From: Gemmatales bacterium
GTDB taxonomy: Bacteria; Planctomycetota; Planctomycetia; Gemmatales; HRBIN36
Reading direction: 5' to 3'
NCBI GenBank assembly: GCA_041640595.1
Contig: JBEPZY010000001.1
Span: 352,001 to 416,000, forward strand
DNA length: 64,000 nucleotides
Part shown: piece after piece, positions 29,297 to 40,622 of the stretch
Numbering within the stretch: position 1 is the stretch's first letter
How the letters are laid out: every line of letters starts with the position of its first letter
The notes under the pieces: model-generated
What the model saw: only the letters and a program-made list of their open reading frames with translations
What the model was told of the DNA's origin: nothing
Databases searched by the model: none
Position numbers and translations under genes: made by a program

Positions 29297-30343
29297 ATGC
29301 GCCTGCTAACTATATTGGTGTTCGTTCTATTCGGATGCAAGGAAGAGACCAATCGTACCTATACTTCGAGTACTGAAGGAAATTGCGGTACAGTCCTGCG
29401 CATTTATTTTACCAATCCCGCTTTATCTACCGGCGCTCCAGAGCATCCGGCCAATGTCATTGCGGGATATATTGACCAAACGGTGCGCGATTTAGAAGTG
29501 TGCGCTCACGAGCTTGATAGTGAAGTTATAACCAGAGCAATAGTGCGAGCCCACCGACGTGGTGTGAGGGTCAGGATGGTGGTGGAAACATCTTACAAAG
29601 ACGAACCATGCATTCGCAGGTTACAAGAAGAGGGAATACCGATAGTCGATGATGGACGGGAAGGAGGATTGATGCATAATAAGTTCCTCGTTTTCGACGG
29701 CAGGGCTGTTTGGACTGGTTCAATGAATTTTACAGAAAATTGCACTGGTCGTAACGATAATCACGGTATCTATATTGCCGACGAGCGAGTGGCTGAAAAT
29801 TACCACACAAAGTTTCGGTGGATGTTTGAGGGGCGAAAATTCGGTGGCAAGCCAGACAAGAATAGCCGCATTCCTTACCCACAAGTTACACTCAAGGACG
29901 GGACAATTGTGGAAACCTATTTTGCACCTGATGATCATCCTGCGGGGAAGATTGTTGAGCAGATCCGCAGGGCGAGCAAATCGGTTCACTTTCTGGCATT
30001 TAGTTTTACACATCCAGGCATCGCAGATGCTATTTTGGAACGAGCCAGCAAAGGGATAGAGGTTCAGGGCGTACTAGAACGCAGGCAAGCGATTGCGGGA
30101 CATTCGATGTATTCAAAGTTCCTATTAGGGGGTCCTGCGGTGCAGGTATATTTAGACGGAAACAAATATAACATGCACCATAAAGTAATCATCGTGGACG
30201 GAGCGGTGACCATTGCCGGTTCCTTTAATTTCAGCATTGGTGCAGACCGAGACAACGACGAAAACGTGTTGATTATTCACAGTGCCGCAGTTGCCAGACA
30301 GTTTGAAAGCGAATTTCAAAGAGTCCTGGCACAGGCTCGCTAA
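29297..30343 (+). CDS. Phospholipase D-superfamily protein (two HKD motifs), probable lipoprotein nuclease
   Basis: HNKFLVFD...TGSMN and HHKVIIVD...GSFN motifs, plus lipobox-like LFGC. Confidence 0.85.
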   Translation: MRLLTILVFVLFGCKEETNRTYTSSTEGNCGTVLRIYFTNPALSTGAPEHPANVIAGYIDQTVRDLEVCAHELDSEVITRAIVRAHRRGVRVRMVVETSYKDEPCIRRLQEEGIPIVDDGREGGLMHNKFLVFDGRAVWTGSMNFTENCTGRNDNHGIYIADERVAENYHTKFRWMFEGRKFGGKPDKNSRIPYPQVTLKDGTIVETYFAPDDHPAGKIVEQIRRASKSVHFLAFSFTHPGIADAILERASKGIEVQGVLERRQAIAGHSMYSKFLLGGPAVQVYLDGNKYNMHHKVIIVDGAVTIAGSFNFSIGADRDNDENVLIIHSAAVARQFESEFQRVLAQAR

Positions 30344-31671
30344 GAAGGCAAAGGACGGCCTTTCGTCTCCGGTGCAAACCAGACTATCAGAAGACCTGCG
30401 ATATAAATCAAGCTGGTTATCGCACCGGCTTGGGCGTAGCTACCGTGGAAGACCTCGTTAATTAAGGTGCCGGTGAAGACAGCCCCGAAAGCGGCGACGA
30501 TTCTGCCGATGTTAAACGCAAAACCCTGACCGGTGGCGCGCAGGCGAGTGGGAAAGATTTCGGGCAGATAAAGTGGAAGCCAACCGTAGAAAGCTGCTGT
30601 AACCCCCCCGGCAAGAAATACCAAACACATGAAACGCCAGTTAGGGGTCGTCGGAGAAAAGGTCCACGGGAAGCGAAAAATCCAGGCGCACAACAAGAGC
30701 GAGGCCAGACTAATACTGAAATAGCCAATGCGCCGGCCCAAAGTTTGTCCTACGAAGCCACCGAGAAATGCGAAAACACAGGCACCCAGCCCGGAGCTTA
30801 TTTGAGCTAAGCTGGTTTGAAATTGCGAGTTAGTCTGGGAGTTGACCCAGGGAGGTATCCATTGTATCGAACCCCAGGTACCGATTAGTGCGATGGCTCC
30901 CAAGCAGGAGCCTATAATCGTGTTGAAGGCTATTCCGGGACGAAAGATTTCTGCTAAATGGGGTTTAGCCTCGGTTTTTGCGACTTGTTGCCAGCGCTCA
31001 GATTCAGGCACGAACATGCGGATGAAAAAAGTCAATAGAGCTGGGAAAGCACAAAATCCTAAAACCCATCGCCAGCCTCCCTGGGCGATAGGCAAACCTA
31101 AAGAATCAAAAGACCACGCTAATAAAGCGGCCAGAGTAAAGCCTATATTCGCTGCCGCTCCGATTAGACCTGCTAAAACTGGTCGCGCTCTGGATGGCCA
31201 GGTTTCCATGACCAGGGCGACACCCAAAGCCCATTCACCACCCATTCCCAGAGCAGCAGTGAATCGCAGAGCTAATAATTGCCACGGACTCCTGGCGAGG
31301 CCGCATAGTCCGGTGAACACCGAATAAGTGAGCACACTAAGCATAAGTCCGCGCACGCGGCCAAGGCGATCTCCTATCCATCCAAAAATCCAACCGCCCA
31401 GCGCGGCCCCTACCAAAAACGCAGCGGTGATGCGCCCATACCATAATCCCGATAGCTGCTGCACCTTCGTGGAGTCGGCTGGATTGCCGTCCGCATCAAA
31501 ATATTGGGCGGTGGGCTCCATCTCCTGAAGGCGATAGCCGAGCACATCAATCAAAGCTGGGCGGGCTACTGCCGGGAATATACCCATTTCGAAGCCATCA
31601 AAAAGCCAACCTAATAAAGCTGCGATTAGCGCCAACCACTGGCCTCGATTCGTATCGTGATACCAGCGCAT
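30340..31671 (-). CDS. MFS transporter
   Basis: GWIGDRLGR, GMGGEW, EIFPTRLRATG and PETKG motifs, with multiple TM helices. Confidence 0.9.
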   Translation of the reverse strand: MRWYHDTNRGQWLALIAALLGWLFDGFEMGIFPAVARPALIDVLGYRLQEMEPTAQYFDADGNPADSTKVQQLSGLWYGRITAAFLVGAALGGWIFGWIGDRLGRVRGLMLSVLTYSVFTGLCGLARSPWQLLALRFTAALGMGGEWALGVALVMETWPSRARPVLAGLIGAAANIGFTLAALLAWSFDSLGLPIAQGGWRWVLGFCAFPALLTFFIRMFVPESERWQQVAKTEAKPHLAEIFRPGIAFNTIIGSCLGAIALIGTWGSIQWIPPWVNSQTNSQFQTSLAQISSGLGACVFAFLGGFVGQTLGRRIGYFSISLASLLLCAWIFRFPWTFSPTTPNWRFMCLVFLAGGVTAAFYGWLPLYLPEIFPTRLRATGQGFAFNIGRIVAAFGAVFTGTLINEVFHGSYAQAGAITSLIYIAGLLIVWFAPETKGRPLPS

Positions 31672-31855
31672 CTTTAGTTTTGCTCCTAAGTTAGTTGAAT
31701 CCGCTTATACCAGTCTGGTGTCTCTCGAAGCTTGCTCGCTTTCCAAGGTGTGATTGTCGCAAATCGTTCGTTTGGGTGCAGGTGCAATTGGAAAATTGAG
31801 GCTTTCTAGCAATTGCTTTATGCTGAGGGCGATATTAGATGTGTATGGTGCCCAG

Positions 31856-32686
31856 CTAATTACTAGGAGATGAACGGTTAGCAAGAGCACGGGCCATCTG
31901 CTGAACTAAATTTTTCATCACAAAGCCACGCGAAGGAGCAACATCTACATGCACGCCGAGCTCATATAGACGTTTTTGTACCACCGGTCCAACGGCAGCG
32001 ATCCAGGACTTGTCCAGGCCGCTGCGTAATTCTGACTCTAAACCTAGCTTACGCGCTAGTTCGAATAGATGATCGGCTTGTGGCGAACTGGTAAACATAA
32101 TCGCATGTATCTGTTCGGAGGCCAGTCGCCGAATTAAGTCGGTAATCATCTGGGTGTCGCTGGCAGGAGTATAGATGTATGGCATGACTTCATAGACTAA
32201 AGCGCCGCGCGACTCTAAATATTGTCGCAATTCAGGATTTGGCTGGCCGTAAAGTGTAACACCGATGCACTTGCCCTTTATATCTTGGTTATCCAAGAAG
32301 GAAATGACCCCTGCAGTGGTGGGATTAGCCGCTTGATAATCTGTCTCCAGACCGAGAGCACGCAAGGCTTGCACCGGTTTGGGGCCGCGCGTCAACTTTC
32401 TGGTTTGCGCCAGTGCCTGAAGAAATGCCTCACGTAATCCCTCGTGTTCAGCAAAGCTCACCAGCCGACGCACAGCTTCGCCAGTCATCAGAATAACCAG
32501 GTCAAATTCTCCGCCCAGGAGTCGGCGAAGCCAGGCAAGTATTGAGTCGCGGTCAGGGTTATCCACGATGGCTACCATGGGACAGCGATAGGTGACCGCC
32601 CCTGCTTCCTCCAGGAGTTCCACTAAATCGTCAAGCTGACGGTGCTCGAGGACAGCCACGGTGAGACCGGCCAAGGGTTTATTCAT
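31856..32686 (-). CDS. hemD: Uroporphyrinogen-III synthase
   Basis: TRGPKP, FTSSPQ and AAVGPV motifs, 276 aa. Confidence 0.8.
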   Translation of the reverse strand: MNKPLAGLTVAVLEHRQLDDLVELLEEAGAVTYRCPMVAIVDNPDRDSILAWLRRLLGGEFDLVILMTGEAVRRLVSFAEHEGLREAFLQALAQTRKLTRGPKPVQALRALGLETDYQAANPTTAGVISFLDNQDIKGKCIGVTLYGQPNPELRQYLESRGALVYEVMPYIYTPASDTQMITDLIRRLASEQIHAIMFTSSPQADHLFELARKLGLESELRSGLDKSWIAAVGPVVQKRLYELGVHVDVAPSRGFVMKNLVQQMARALANRSSPSN

Positions 32687-32742
32687 CTCGGATGTCTCCC
32701 ACGTTCATCTCCATGTTGTTTCGTTGGCTGGCACCTGGGGTT

Positions 32743-34518
32743 TTACAATTGGAGCCATTCCTGCCGCACCACATCGAAAACACCACGGGCGGTCAATTTG
32801 AGTTCAGGGATCACTGGCAACGCAAGAAAAGAGAGAGCCCCAAACGGACATGCCAGAGTACAGCCCAGCGATTGAGCGGCTCGGCGGACGGCGTGCAATT
32901 GCTCGCAAACAGTTTCTGCCCGTTCCAGGGATAGGAGCCCGGCAAATGGTAGTGGCAGGCGCTCGACGAGCCGGCCTTCCCTGACCACAGCAAATCCTCC
33001 GCCTACTTCGGCGATCGCTTGCACCGCCTGAAGCATATCTGAGGGATTTGTGCCCGTCACGATGATGTTGTGAGAATCGTGGGCCACGGACGAAGCCAAA
33101 GCTCCGTGTCGCCGGAAACCGAAGCCGCTAACCAGTCCCAGGCCAATCCTGCCACTGGCGCGATGGCGTTCGATACTGGCGATAACGGCAACGTCTTCGT
33201 CGGGGCTAAACACCCATTCGCCATTCTGTAAACGAACACAGCGTTGCTCCCGGCGTGTGATCAGTTGACCTGGAACGACACCGATCACAGGGCAGGTGCT
33301 GGCTGTGGGGCGCAGGCGAAAAACATTTTCATCCAATCGCGGCAAATGAACGGTGTTTTCCGCCCGGACCGTTTGGACTTCTTCCGGCCCAAGGTATTTT
33401 CCTTCGTGGGCCACCAAGCGACCGTTTTTATATACCTGCCAAACGTGAAGTTCCGACAAATCGTCAACAATCACTAAATCAGCTCGGTAACCCGGGGCAA
33501 CTGCTCCCCGGTCAATCAAACCGTAGTGTTGGGCCGGTACCCAACTTACCTGTCTGATCGCGACTTCCGGACGTACCCCGGCTTTGACGATTTGGCGCAG
33601 CAGGCGATCCAGGTGCCCCCAGCGTCGCAGGTCGTCGGGCAGGATATCGTCCGTTACCAGAGTCCAGCGATCTCCTAGTTCTCCGTCGAGGATGAGCGGC
33701 AACAGCGTATCGAGGTTATGGGCAATGGAACCGTCGCGGACCTGTACCAGCATGCCCAATCGCGCTTTCTGTCGGGCTTCCTCCACACTGGAAGATTCGT
33801 GGTCGGCTCGCATTCCCGCTGCAACATACGCTTGCAGCGCCTTTCCCACAACGCTGGGTGCATGCCCGTCTATCACTCGCCTGGCGTGTTGCGCGGCCAG
33901 GATTTTTTCAAGCATGTAGGGCTCAGCCTTCCAGACGGCAGGCATGTCCATTACTTCCGCCAAGCCCAAGATTCGAGGCCGTTTCAATAACTCCTCGATA
34001 TCTTCAACGCCGATGATCGCCCCGGCATCCTCCCACGCCGTTGCTGGCACACACGAAGAAGCCATAAAGAACACGTCAAGGGGCAGGTTTTGGCTGGCTT
34101 TGATGAGCAAGTCAATACCGTGGACGCCCAGAACGTTTCCGATTTCATGCGAGTCGGAAATAATCGCTGTGGTACCGTGGGGTACGACTAGCCTTGACAG
34201 TTCGCTGGGCAGCAGCAAAGTGCTTTCCAGGTGCATGTGCGAATCTATCCAACCGGGGGCAACGTAGCGACCGCCAACGTCTATAACCTCCTTTGCCGAC
34301 CAGTTTTCCTGACCGACACCTGCAATCCAGCCATCTGCGATGATGATACTTGCTGGTTCTACGCGCGCAGTGAAAACGTTGACTACCTGAGCATTGACCA
34401 GCAACAGGTCGCCTGGTTCTTCACCGAGCCCCACACGTATTCGCCTTTGCAGCTTTGGCAAATCCACGGCGGTTTCAGACATTTCACGGTAGGCATCTGC
34501 CGGCCAGGTTGCACTCAT
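32743..34518 (-). CDS. ade: Adenine deaminase
   Basis: IDSHMHLES, DSHEIGNV, DGHAP, TDD and SVAHDSHN motifs. Confidence 0.92.
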   Translation of the reverse strand: MSATWPADAYREMSETAVDLPKLQRRIRVGLGEEPGDLLLVNAQVVNVFTARVEPASIIIADGWIAGVGQENWSAKEVIDVGGRYVAPGWIDSHMHLESTLLLPSELSRLVVPHGTTAIISDSHEIGNVLGVHGIDLLIKASQNLPLDVFFMASSCVPATAWEDAGAIIGVEDIEELLKRPRILGLAEVMDMPAVWKAEPYMLEKILAAQHARRVIDGHAPSVVGKALQAYVAAGMRADHESSSVEEARQKARLGMLVQVRDGSIAHNLDTLLPLILDGELGDRWTLVTDDILPDDLRRWGHLDRLLRQIVKAGVRPEVAIRQVSWVPAQHYGLIDRGAVAPGYRADLVIVDDLSELHVWQVYKNGRLVAHEGKYLGPEEVQTVRAENTVHLPRLDENVFRLRPTASTCPVIGVVPGQLITRREQRCVRLQNGEWVFSPDEDVAVIASIERHRASGRIGLGLVSGFGFRRHGALASSVAHDSHNIIVTGTNPSDMLQAVQAIAEVGGGFAVVREGRLVERLPLPFAGLLSLERAETVCEQLHAVRRAAQSLGCTLACPFGALSFLALPVIPELKLTARGVFDVVRQEWLQL

Positions 34519-35099
34519 GGCATCTCCTCAGCTGCACGGGCGTTGAATGTTTCGCATTGAGACGAATTTTGAGCAGGGATATAACCGATAAAATCCAGTT
34601 CGCGGTAAGCTTCTGCCCAGTCAATGCCATAACCGACCACAAATTGGTCGGGGATACGGAAGCCGACGAAATCTATTGTCACCTCTACCCGTCGCCGTGC
34701 CGGTTTGTCGAGCAAAGCGCACACACGGAGGCTGGCCGGTTGTTTTTTCCGCAAATGTGCCAACAACCATGCGGTGGTTAGACCAGTGTCCACGATGTCT
34801 TCTACTACCAGGACATGCCTGCCTGCCAGAGGAATGCTCGTATCAAGCTCGAGCCGCACCTGCCCACTGGTTTCGGTGCTCTCACCATAACTGGAAAGCT
34901 TGACGAAGTCGCATTGCAAAGGAAACCGCAGCTCTCGTACCAAGTCGGCGAGAAATACAAACGCTCCCTTCAGTACGCCTACTAGAACGGGGTGCTTGCC
35001 CGCGTATTCACTGCGTATTTCGCTCGCCAACTCGCTGATACGCTGGTGAATTTGCTCCGGCAATAGTAAACGTTGTACCGCGTTGTGCTTGTGTTCCAT
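34515..35099 (-). CDS. hpt: Hypoxanthine phosphoribosyltransferase
   Basis: GVLKGA, VVEDIVDTGLT, LLDKP and FVVGYGID motifs. Confidence 0.93.
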   Translation of the reverse strand: MEHKHNAVQRLLLPEQIHQRISELASEIRSEYAGKHPVLVGVLKGAFVFLADLVRELRFPLQCDFVKLSSYGESTETSGQVRLELDTSIPLAGRHVLVVEDIVDTGLTTAWLLAHLRKKQPASLRVCALLDKPARRRVEVTIDFVGFRIPDQFVVGYGIDWAEAYRELDFIGYIPAQNSSQCETFNARAAEEMP

Positions 35100-35285
35100 G
35101 GTCTCCCGCCCACCAATGCCTAGCACCGCTCGCCGGTTCACTGTTCAGAGGTTACCCAGCCACCGGCCACTCCCTCTATTTTCAGCTTATGGCGCAGATG
35201 CGTTGCCGAACATCGGCTCTGCGGTATGACACGGCGAGCAAGGAGGATACGTTTGCAAGCGGCCGAACAATGAGCTAGTCTTACC

Positions 35286-35750
35286 ATGGGAAACACTACT
35301 CATCGCTTGGTGCCTCGTGATTACGGTTTCGCGCGAGGGGAGCAGAAACCACGAATCGCCCGGGGTTTGAGCGTGGAAAACAAGGAAAGTGCTTTCGAGC
35401 AATTGTCGGAAGCAGCGGCAGTCCAGTCAACCAAGCGGGATCGCCGGGCTTACCAGCGCAAACCGCCGCGTGGCCGGTGTCAGGTAAAATTGTTTCGCGG
35501 TACTCTCGGTTTGGGGCGAAACCTTGCCTTGGAGCTGCTCGATGTTTCCTTGAGTGGTGCGAGGATTCGGGTTGAAGAAAAGCTGCGGCCAGGTGAGGAT
35601 GTTCAATTGCACCTCCTGGGACAGGGACACTTGCGCCCCGTAAAAATATTGGCCAAAGTGGTCTGGTGCCGCGCGGAAGCCGAGGGCGCTGTCGTTGGAG
35701 TGCACTTTGATAAAATGCTGGCGTATCTCGACTTCCTGCACATTACTTAG
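35286..35750 (+). CDS. PilZ-domain protein
   Basis: RRAYQR (RxxxR) and DVSLSGA (DxSxxG), plus KVVWC..GVHF. Start uncertain. Confidence 0.8.
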   Translation: MGNTTHRLVPRDYGFARGEQKPRIARGLSVENKESAFEQLSEAAAVQSTKRDRRAYQRKPPRGRCQVKLFRGTLGLGRNLALELLDVSLSGARIRVEEKLRPGEDVQLHLLGQGHLRPVKILAKVVWCRAEAEGAVVGVHFDKMLAYLDFLHIT

Positions 35751-35855
35751 GTTTGACCTCCCACTGCGTTGACGGGTATCCGGACAAGTGGGTAGTGGCC
35801 AGCTAACCAGTGGACAGTGGCCACGCTATCCATATATACTGAAAATTGCAAAGGC

Positions 35856-35881
35856 ACCTCGGCTTTTGCCGGGGTTTTTTT
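35856..35881 (+). terminator. Rho-independent terminator-like hairpin between the PilZ gene and nuoA
   Basis: ACCTCGGC-TTTT-GCCGGGGT followed by a T run. Confidence 0.5.
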
Positions 35882-35924
35882 CGGCCCAACTTTGTGAAAA
35901 AAATCACAAAGTCGCTGACCAGCT

Positions 35925-36311
35925 ATGGAAACTACCCTTCAATTGTGGCTGCCGGTGCTTCTGTACCTCCTCTTCCTCCTGGCGTTTGTCGCTGGGGTGC
36001 TACTTGTTGCGCATTGGCTGGCTCCACCACGTCATCGCCCGATAAAAGACATGCCGTACGAGTCCGGCATGGACCCTCTGGGCAATGCCCGACAACGCTT
36101 TGACGTCCGGTACTACCTGATCGCCGTTCTCTTTTTGCTGTTCGACGTCGAAATCCTTTTCTTATACCCGTGGGCAGTAGGTGCCCATAGTGCGAATGGC
36201 TTTCCGGCAGAGCTGCGAAACTTGGCTTTCGTAACGTTGCTTGTTTTTCTAGCCTTGCTGGTGATAGGGTACGTTTACGAGTGGGCCAGAGGAGGATTCC
36301 GATGGCGCTAG
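35925..36311 (+). CDS. nuoA: NADH-quinone oxidoreductase subunit A
   Basis: PYESGMDP and [15 protein letters not shown] motifs. Confidence 0.95.
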   Translation: METTLQLWLPVLLYLLFLLAFVAGVLLVAHWLAPPRHRPIKDMPYESGMDPLGNARQRFDVRYYLIAVLFLLFDVEILFLYPWAVGAHSANGFPAELRNLAFVTLLVFLALLVIGYVYEWARGGFRWR

Positions 36312-36940
36312 GCTTGCCTGAGAACGTTTTCATTGCGAATTTAGATAAACTGGCTAACTGGGTGCGGGCTAACAGCCTGTGGCCGATGCCCTTTGCCACT
36401 GCTTGTTGTGGCATTGAACTGATGGCTGTGGGGGCTTCACGCTACGATATCGCCCGTTTTGGTGCAGAAGTGATGCGATTCAGTCCGCGCCAATGTGATT
36501 TGATGATCGTGGCCGGACGTATCGTTATGAAAATGTTGCCGGTGCTGCAACGCATCTGGTTACAAATGCCCGAACCGAAATGGTGTATCTCCATGGGTGC
36601 GTGTGCTTCCAGCGGTGGGGTCTTTGACACTTATGCTGTGGTGCAGGGAGTGGATCGCTTTATTCCTGTTGACCTGTACATTCCCGGTTGCCCACCACGG
36701 CCTGAACAGCTTATCCAGGCAGTGCTGGACTTGCAGGAACAAATTAAAAAGACGGGAACGCTGCGGGGAAAAGAATTTCAGGAACGAACCCAACCGCGGG
36801 CACCTCGACTTTTGCAAGCGGAACCGACCGACCTTATCGTCGCCCCTGGTGATTTTTCTACCGCCACTGCCCGCTGGCCGGGCGATGATAAGTATCCCTT
36901 GCGGCCAGGCTCACGCCTGCCGCTGCCCCAGGTGAACTAG
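36302..36940 (+). CDS. nuoB: NADH-quinone oxidoreductase subunit B
   Basis: [16 protein letters not shown] and IPGCPPRPE motifs. Confidence 0.95.
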   Translation: MALGLPENVFIANLDKLANWVRANSLWPMPFATACCGIELMAVGASRYDIARFGAEVMRFSPRQCDLMIVAGRIVMKMLPVLQRIWLQMPEPKWCISMGACASSGGVFDTYAVVQGVDRFIPVDLYIPGCPPRPEQLIQAVLDLQEQIKKTGTLRGKEFQERTQPRAPRLLQAEPTDLIVAPGDFSTATARWPGDDKYPLRPGSRLPLPQVN

Positions 36941-37007
36941 CTGGGGCAGGCCTCCTGCATTTCGGCAAACCAGCAATCAGGCTCTTCTCGCAGGTCAGGA
37001 GTCTAAT

Positions 37008-37520
37008 ATGGCTGGAATATCCTTTGAAGACATTGTGCAACATCTCCGCCGCCAAACAGGTAGCGATCAACTCGAACTGAGCACTTTTCGTGACAATGTT
37101 CGTTTGGTTGTGCCCCGAGAGCACCTTTATTCGGCACTGGAATTTCTGAAGGAAGCTTGCGGCTTCGACATGTTGATAGATATCACGGCTGTGGATTATC
37201 TTTACTACCCCGATGCCAGTCACCGTTTTGGCGTCGTGTATTGCCTGCTAAATACTGCAACGGGTCAACGCTTGATCGTCAAGACATATTTAGACGAGCC
37301 TGATTTAGTGGTTCCCTCTGTTTTTCCGCTCTGGAAAGCTGCTGATTGGCTGGAACGAGAAGTTTATGATATGTTTGGCATTGTCTTCGAAGGGCATCCA
37401 GACCTGCGGCGTATTTTGATGCCTGAGTGGTTTAACGAGTATCCATTGAGGAAGGATTACCCGCTTCGAGGACGGGGTGAACGGCACGATTTTCCAGTTA
37501 TCACACGCGCGGAAAGCTGA
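37008..37520 (+). CDS. nuoC: NADH-quinone oxidoreductase subunit C
   Basis: [22 protein letters not shown] and PLRKDYP motifs. Confidence 0.95.
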   Translation: MAGISFEDIVQHLRRQTGSDQLELSTFRDNVRLVVPREHLYSALEFLKEACGFDMLIDITAVDYLYYPDASHRFGVVYCLLNTATGQRLIVKTYLDEPDLVVPSVFPLWKAADWLEREVYDMFGIVFEGHPDLRRILMPEWFNEYPLRKDYPLRGRGERHDFPVITRAES

Positions 37521-37536
37521 CTACGGATAACTGGCC

Positions 37537-38763
37537 ATGCCACTCGAATTAGTCGAAACCTGGGACGAACAAACTGACACCAGACAATACTTGTGGACGC
37601 TCAATTTCGGCCCTCAACACCCGGCCACTCATACCACTTTACGCCTTATCCTTACATTAGAGGGCGAAAAAGTGGTCCAGGCTGTTCCCGACATAGGTTA
37701 TCTTCATAGCGGTTTTGAAAAACTCGGCGAGGATTTGAACTATAATCAGTATGTTACCATTGTGGATCGTATGAACTATATCTCCCCCGTTGCCAACGAA
37801 ATTGCCTGGCATCATGTCGTTGAAAAATTGCTCGGCATCGAGATAACACCGCGCTGCAAGTATATCCGAACCATCCTTGCTGAACTCGCTCGTATCAGCG
37901 ACCATTGCCTCAACATTGGAACGGCCGCACTAGATTTAGGTGCTTTCACACCTTTCCTCTACGCATTTTATCAGCGAGAACTTATTTACGACATTATCCA
38001 GGAGGCTTCAGGACAGCGTTTTCACCCAAGCTACACCCGTGTAGGCGGTCTGATGTATGATGTTCGGGATGAATGGATTCGCAAAGTACGGGAATTCACG
38101 CGTGCATTTCCGAAGGCTCACAGCGACATCCACCGCTTGCTGACAAGGAATCGTATTTTCGTCGAGCGGACAAAAGGAATTGGGGTTTTACCCCGTGAGT
38201 TGGCCATTAATCTTGGTTGTACCGGACCGGTTGCACGGGCGAGTGGAGTAGTCCGCGACCTGCGCAAAGATGAGCCCTATTTAGCATACGGCGAGTTACG
38301 GGATACTTTCCAGGTTGTCTGTGCCAGTGGCGGGGACTGTTATGCTCGCTACTTAGTTCGCATGGAAGAAATGCTGGAAAGCCTGCGAATCATCAAAGCC
38401 GCCATAGAAAACTTACCTTCCGGTCCTGTCAACATAGATGTCGAGTCTAAAGAAGTTTTGCCGCCTAAGCCGGAGACCTGGCGTAACATCGAGGGCCTTA
38501 TCCAGCATTTCGAATTAATTATGACCAACCGTGGATTCAAGACACCTCGGGAGGAAGTTTATGGGGCGATAGAATCTCCGAATGGAGAGCTTGGATTCTA
38601 TATCGTCGCGGATGAGACTGATAGACCGTATCGTTGTCGTACTCGACCACCGTCCTTCGTGCATTTTGCCGTGTTCCCTTACCTGGCAGTCGGTCACCAG
38701 CTAAGCGACATGGTCGCTATTTTGGGTAGCTTGAATATTATCGCCGCGGAGTTAGATCGATAG
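37537..38763 (+). CDS. nuoD: NADH-quinone oxidoreductase subunit D
   Basis: NFGPQHPATH, GYLHSGFEK and ESPNGELG motifs; ends AAELDR. Confidence 0.95.
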   Translation: MPLELVETWDEQTDTRQYLWTLNFGPQHPATHTTLRLILTLEGEKVVQAVPDIGYLHSGFEKLGEDLNYNQYVTIVDRMNYISPVANEIAWHHVVEKLLGIEITPRCKYIRTILAELARISDHCLNIGTAALDLGAFTPFLYAFYQRELIYDIIQEASGQRFHPSYTRVGGLMYDVRDEWIRKVREFTRAFPKAHSDIHRLLTRNRIFVERTKGIGVLPRELAINLGCTGPVARASGVVRDLRKDEPYLAYGELRDTFQVVCASGGDCYARYLVRMEEMLESLRIIKAAIENLPSGPVNIDVESKEVLPPKPETWRNIEGLIQHFELIMTNRGFKTPREEVYGAIESPNGELGFYIVADETDRPYRCRTRPPSFVHFAVFPYLAVGHQLSDMVAILGSLNIIAAELDR

Positions 38764-38772
38764 GAGGGATTT

Positions 38773-39273
38773 ATGGCGGTGCTCAGCGAAGATATGCAGC
38801 GGGAGATTATGGCCTTCACACAGTGCTATGCTACGAAACAGGCCGCACTTTTACCATCGCTGCATTTAATTCAGGAGCGTTTTCGTTGTGTGCCCTTGAA
38901 GGCGATAGAAGAGCTGGCAAAGTTGCTCGACCTGCATCCTGCGCAGGTTTACGATGCTATGAGTTTTTACGGTTTTTTCCGCGGTGAAGATCGCCCACTT
39001 GGGAAATATCGTGTCTGGGTTTGTCGTAGTTTGCCTTGCATGTTGCGGGGTGCGGATGAGCTGCTGACAGAAATTTGTCGGCATTTAGACATCGAACCTG
39101 GAGAAACCACCCCCGATGGTTCCATTACGCTTGAAGTGGCCGAATGTATAGGTGCTTGCGAAGTGGCTCCATGCGTGCTTGTGAACGACGAATGTAAGGG
39201 CAACCTGACGTCCGAAAGCGCACTTCACTTGCTGGATGAACTTCGCCGTCAAGGAGGCGAAAATGGAATTTGA
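38773..39273 (+). CDS. nuoE: NADH-quinone oxidoreductase subunit E
   Basis: 2Fe-2S ligands CRSLPC and ECIGAC. Confidence 0.93.
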   Translation: MAVLSEDMQREIMAFTQCYATKQAALLPSLHLIQERFRCVPLKAIEELAKLLDLHPAQVYDAMSFYGFFRGEDRPLGKYRVWVCRSLPCMLRGADELLTEICRHLDIEPGETTPDGSITLEVAECIGACEVAPCVLVNDECKGNLTSESALHLLDELRRQGGENGI

Positions 39274-40597
39274 ACCAGTGCTATTGCGCAATGTTGGCAT
39301 ACCAGGCATCCAGCACCTCGAAGTATATCAATCTCGGGGCGGTTATCAAGCTTTGCGACACGCGCTTGAAATGACGCCAGAACAGGTTGTGCAACTTGTC
39401 AAGGATTCCGGTTTGCGTGGCCGGGGAGGTGCTGGCTTTCCTACCGGCGTTAAGTGGGGATTCATACCTAAGGGACATCCCGGCCCTATCTATCTCTGCG
39501 TGAATGCCGATGAAAGCGAGCCTGGCACTTTCAATAATCGCATTTTGATGGAGGAAGATCCTCATCAGGTGTTGGAAGGGACGATTATTGCTGCTTACGC
39601 AATTCGGGCGCGGGTAGCCTATATTTATCTCCGCTACGAGTATGGTCGTTGTTATCGTGTATTGAAGCAGGCCATTGCTGAACTTTATTCAAATCACCTT
39701 TTGGGAGAGGCCATTCTAGGCAAGAAAGGGTTCGACTTAGACATTTATATTCACCGCGGGGCTGGGGCTTACATTTGCGGCGAGGAAACAGGCTTGATTG
39801 AAAGTTTGGAAGGCAAACGAGCCTGGCCGCGTATCAAGCCGCCTTTTCCGGCTGTGCAGGGACTCTTTCAAAAACCTACTATTGTCAACAATGTCGAAAC
39901 GCTGGCTTGCGTCAAACACATCGTGGAGCGAGGGCCCCAATGGTTTCGGTCTATCGGTGTACCGCCGGATCCAAATAACCCACGCGATGCCGGCAGTTTT
40001 GGCCCTAAACTGTACTGCTTGAGTGGCCATGTCAATCGCCCTGGCTGTTACGAGTTACCGCTGGGTATTACCGCTCGGGAATTGATCGAAAAGTACGGTG
40101 GTGGGGTATGGAAAGGACGCAGGGTTAAGGCGATTATTCCTGGTGGACTTAGCATGGGGTTCATGACAGCTGACGAACTGGACACCCCTTTAGATTTCAA
40201 TGGCCCCACACGTGTTGGTTGTCTTGGCCTCGGCACCGCAGCGGTTATCGTCTTAGACGACCTGACCAGCATGGTAGAGGCTTTATATAACTCCTGTCGG
40301 TTTTTTGCTCATGAATCGTGCGGTCAATGTACCCCTTGCCGGGAAGGCACCGCCTGGATGGCGAAAATACTCGCACGCATCCGTCGAGGTGAGGGGCATA
40401 TGCAGGACCTGGATATCCTACTGGAGATTGCCAACGGCATCGGCATCATTCCAGGTACTACTATTTGTGGTTTAGCTGATGGAGCTGCCTGGCCAGTTAA
40501 GACGGCACTGACTAAATTCCGTGCCGAGTTTGAAGAATATATCAGGAATTCGAGGCACCAAAAAACTCGCCGAACCGAGGTTCGAACAGTCCTTTAA
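39263..40597 (+). CDS. nuoF: NADH-quinone oxidoreductase subunit F
   Basis: GRGGAGF, NADESEPG, GAYICGEET and ESCGQCTPCREG motifs. Confidence 0.96.
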   Translation: MEFEPVLLRNVGIPGIQHLEVYQSRGGYQALRHALEMTPEQVVQLVKDSGLRGRGGAGFPTGVKWGFIPKGHPGPIYLCVNADESEPGTFNNRILMEEDPHQVLEGTIIAAYAIRARVAYIYLRYEYGRCYRVLKQAIAELYSNHLLGEAILGKKGFDLDIYIHRGAGAYICGEETGLIESLEGKRAWPRIKPPFPAVQGLFQKPTIVNNVETLACVKHIVERGPQWFRSIGVPPDPNNPRDAGSFGPKLYCLSGHVNRPGCYELPLGITARELIEKYGGGVWKGRRVKAIIPGGLSMGFMTADELDTPLDFNGPTRVGCLGLGTAAVIVLDDLTSMVEALYNSCRFFAHESCGQCTPCREGTAWMAKILARIRRGEGHMQDLDILLEIANGIGIIPGTTICGLADGAAWPVKTALTKFRAEFEEYIRNSRHQKTRRTEVRTVL

Positions 40598-40622
40598 CAA
40601 GACCCATGCGGAGGGTAAATCT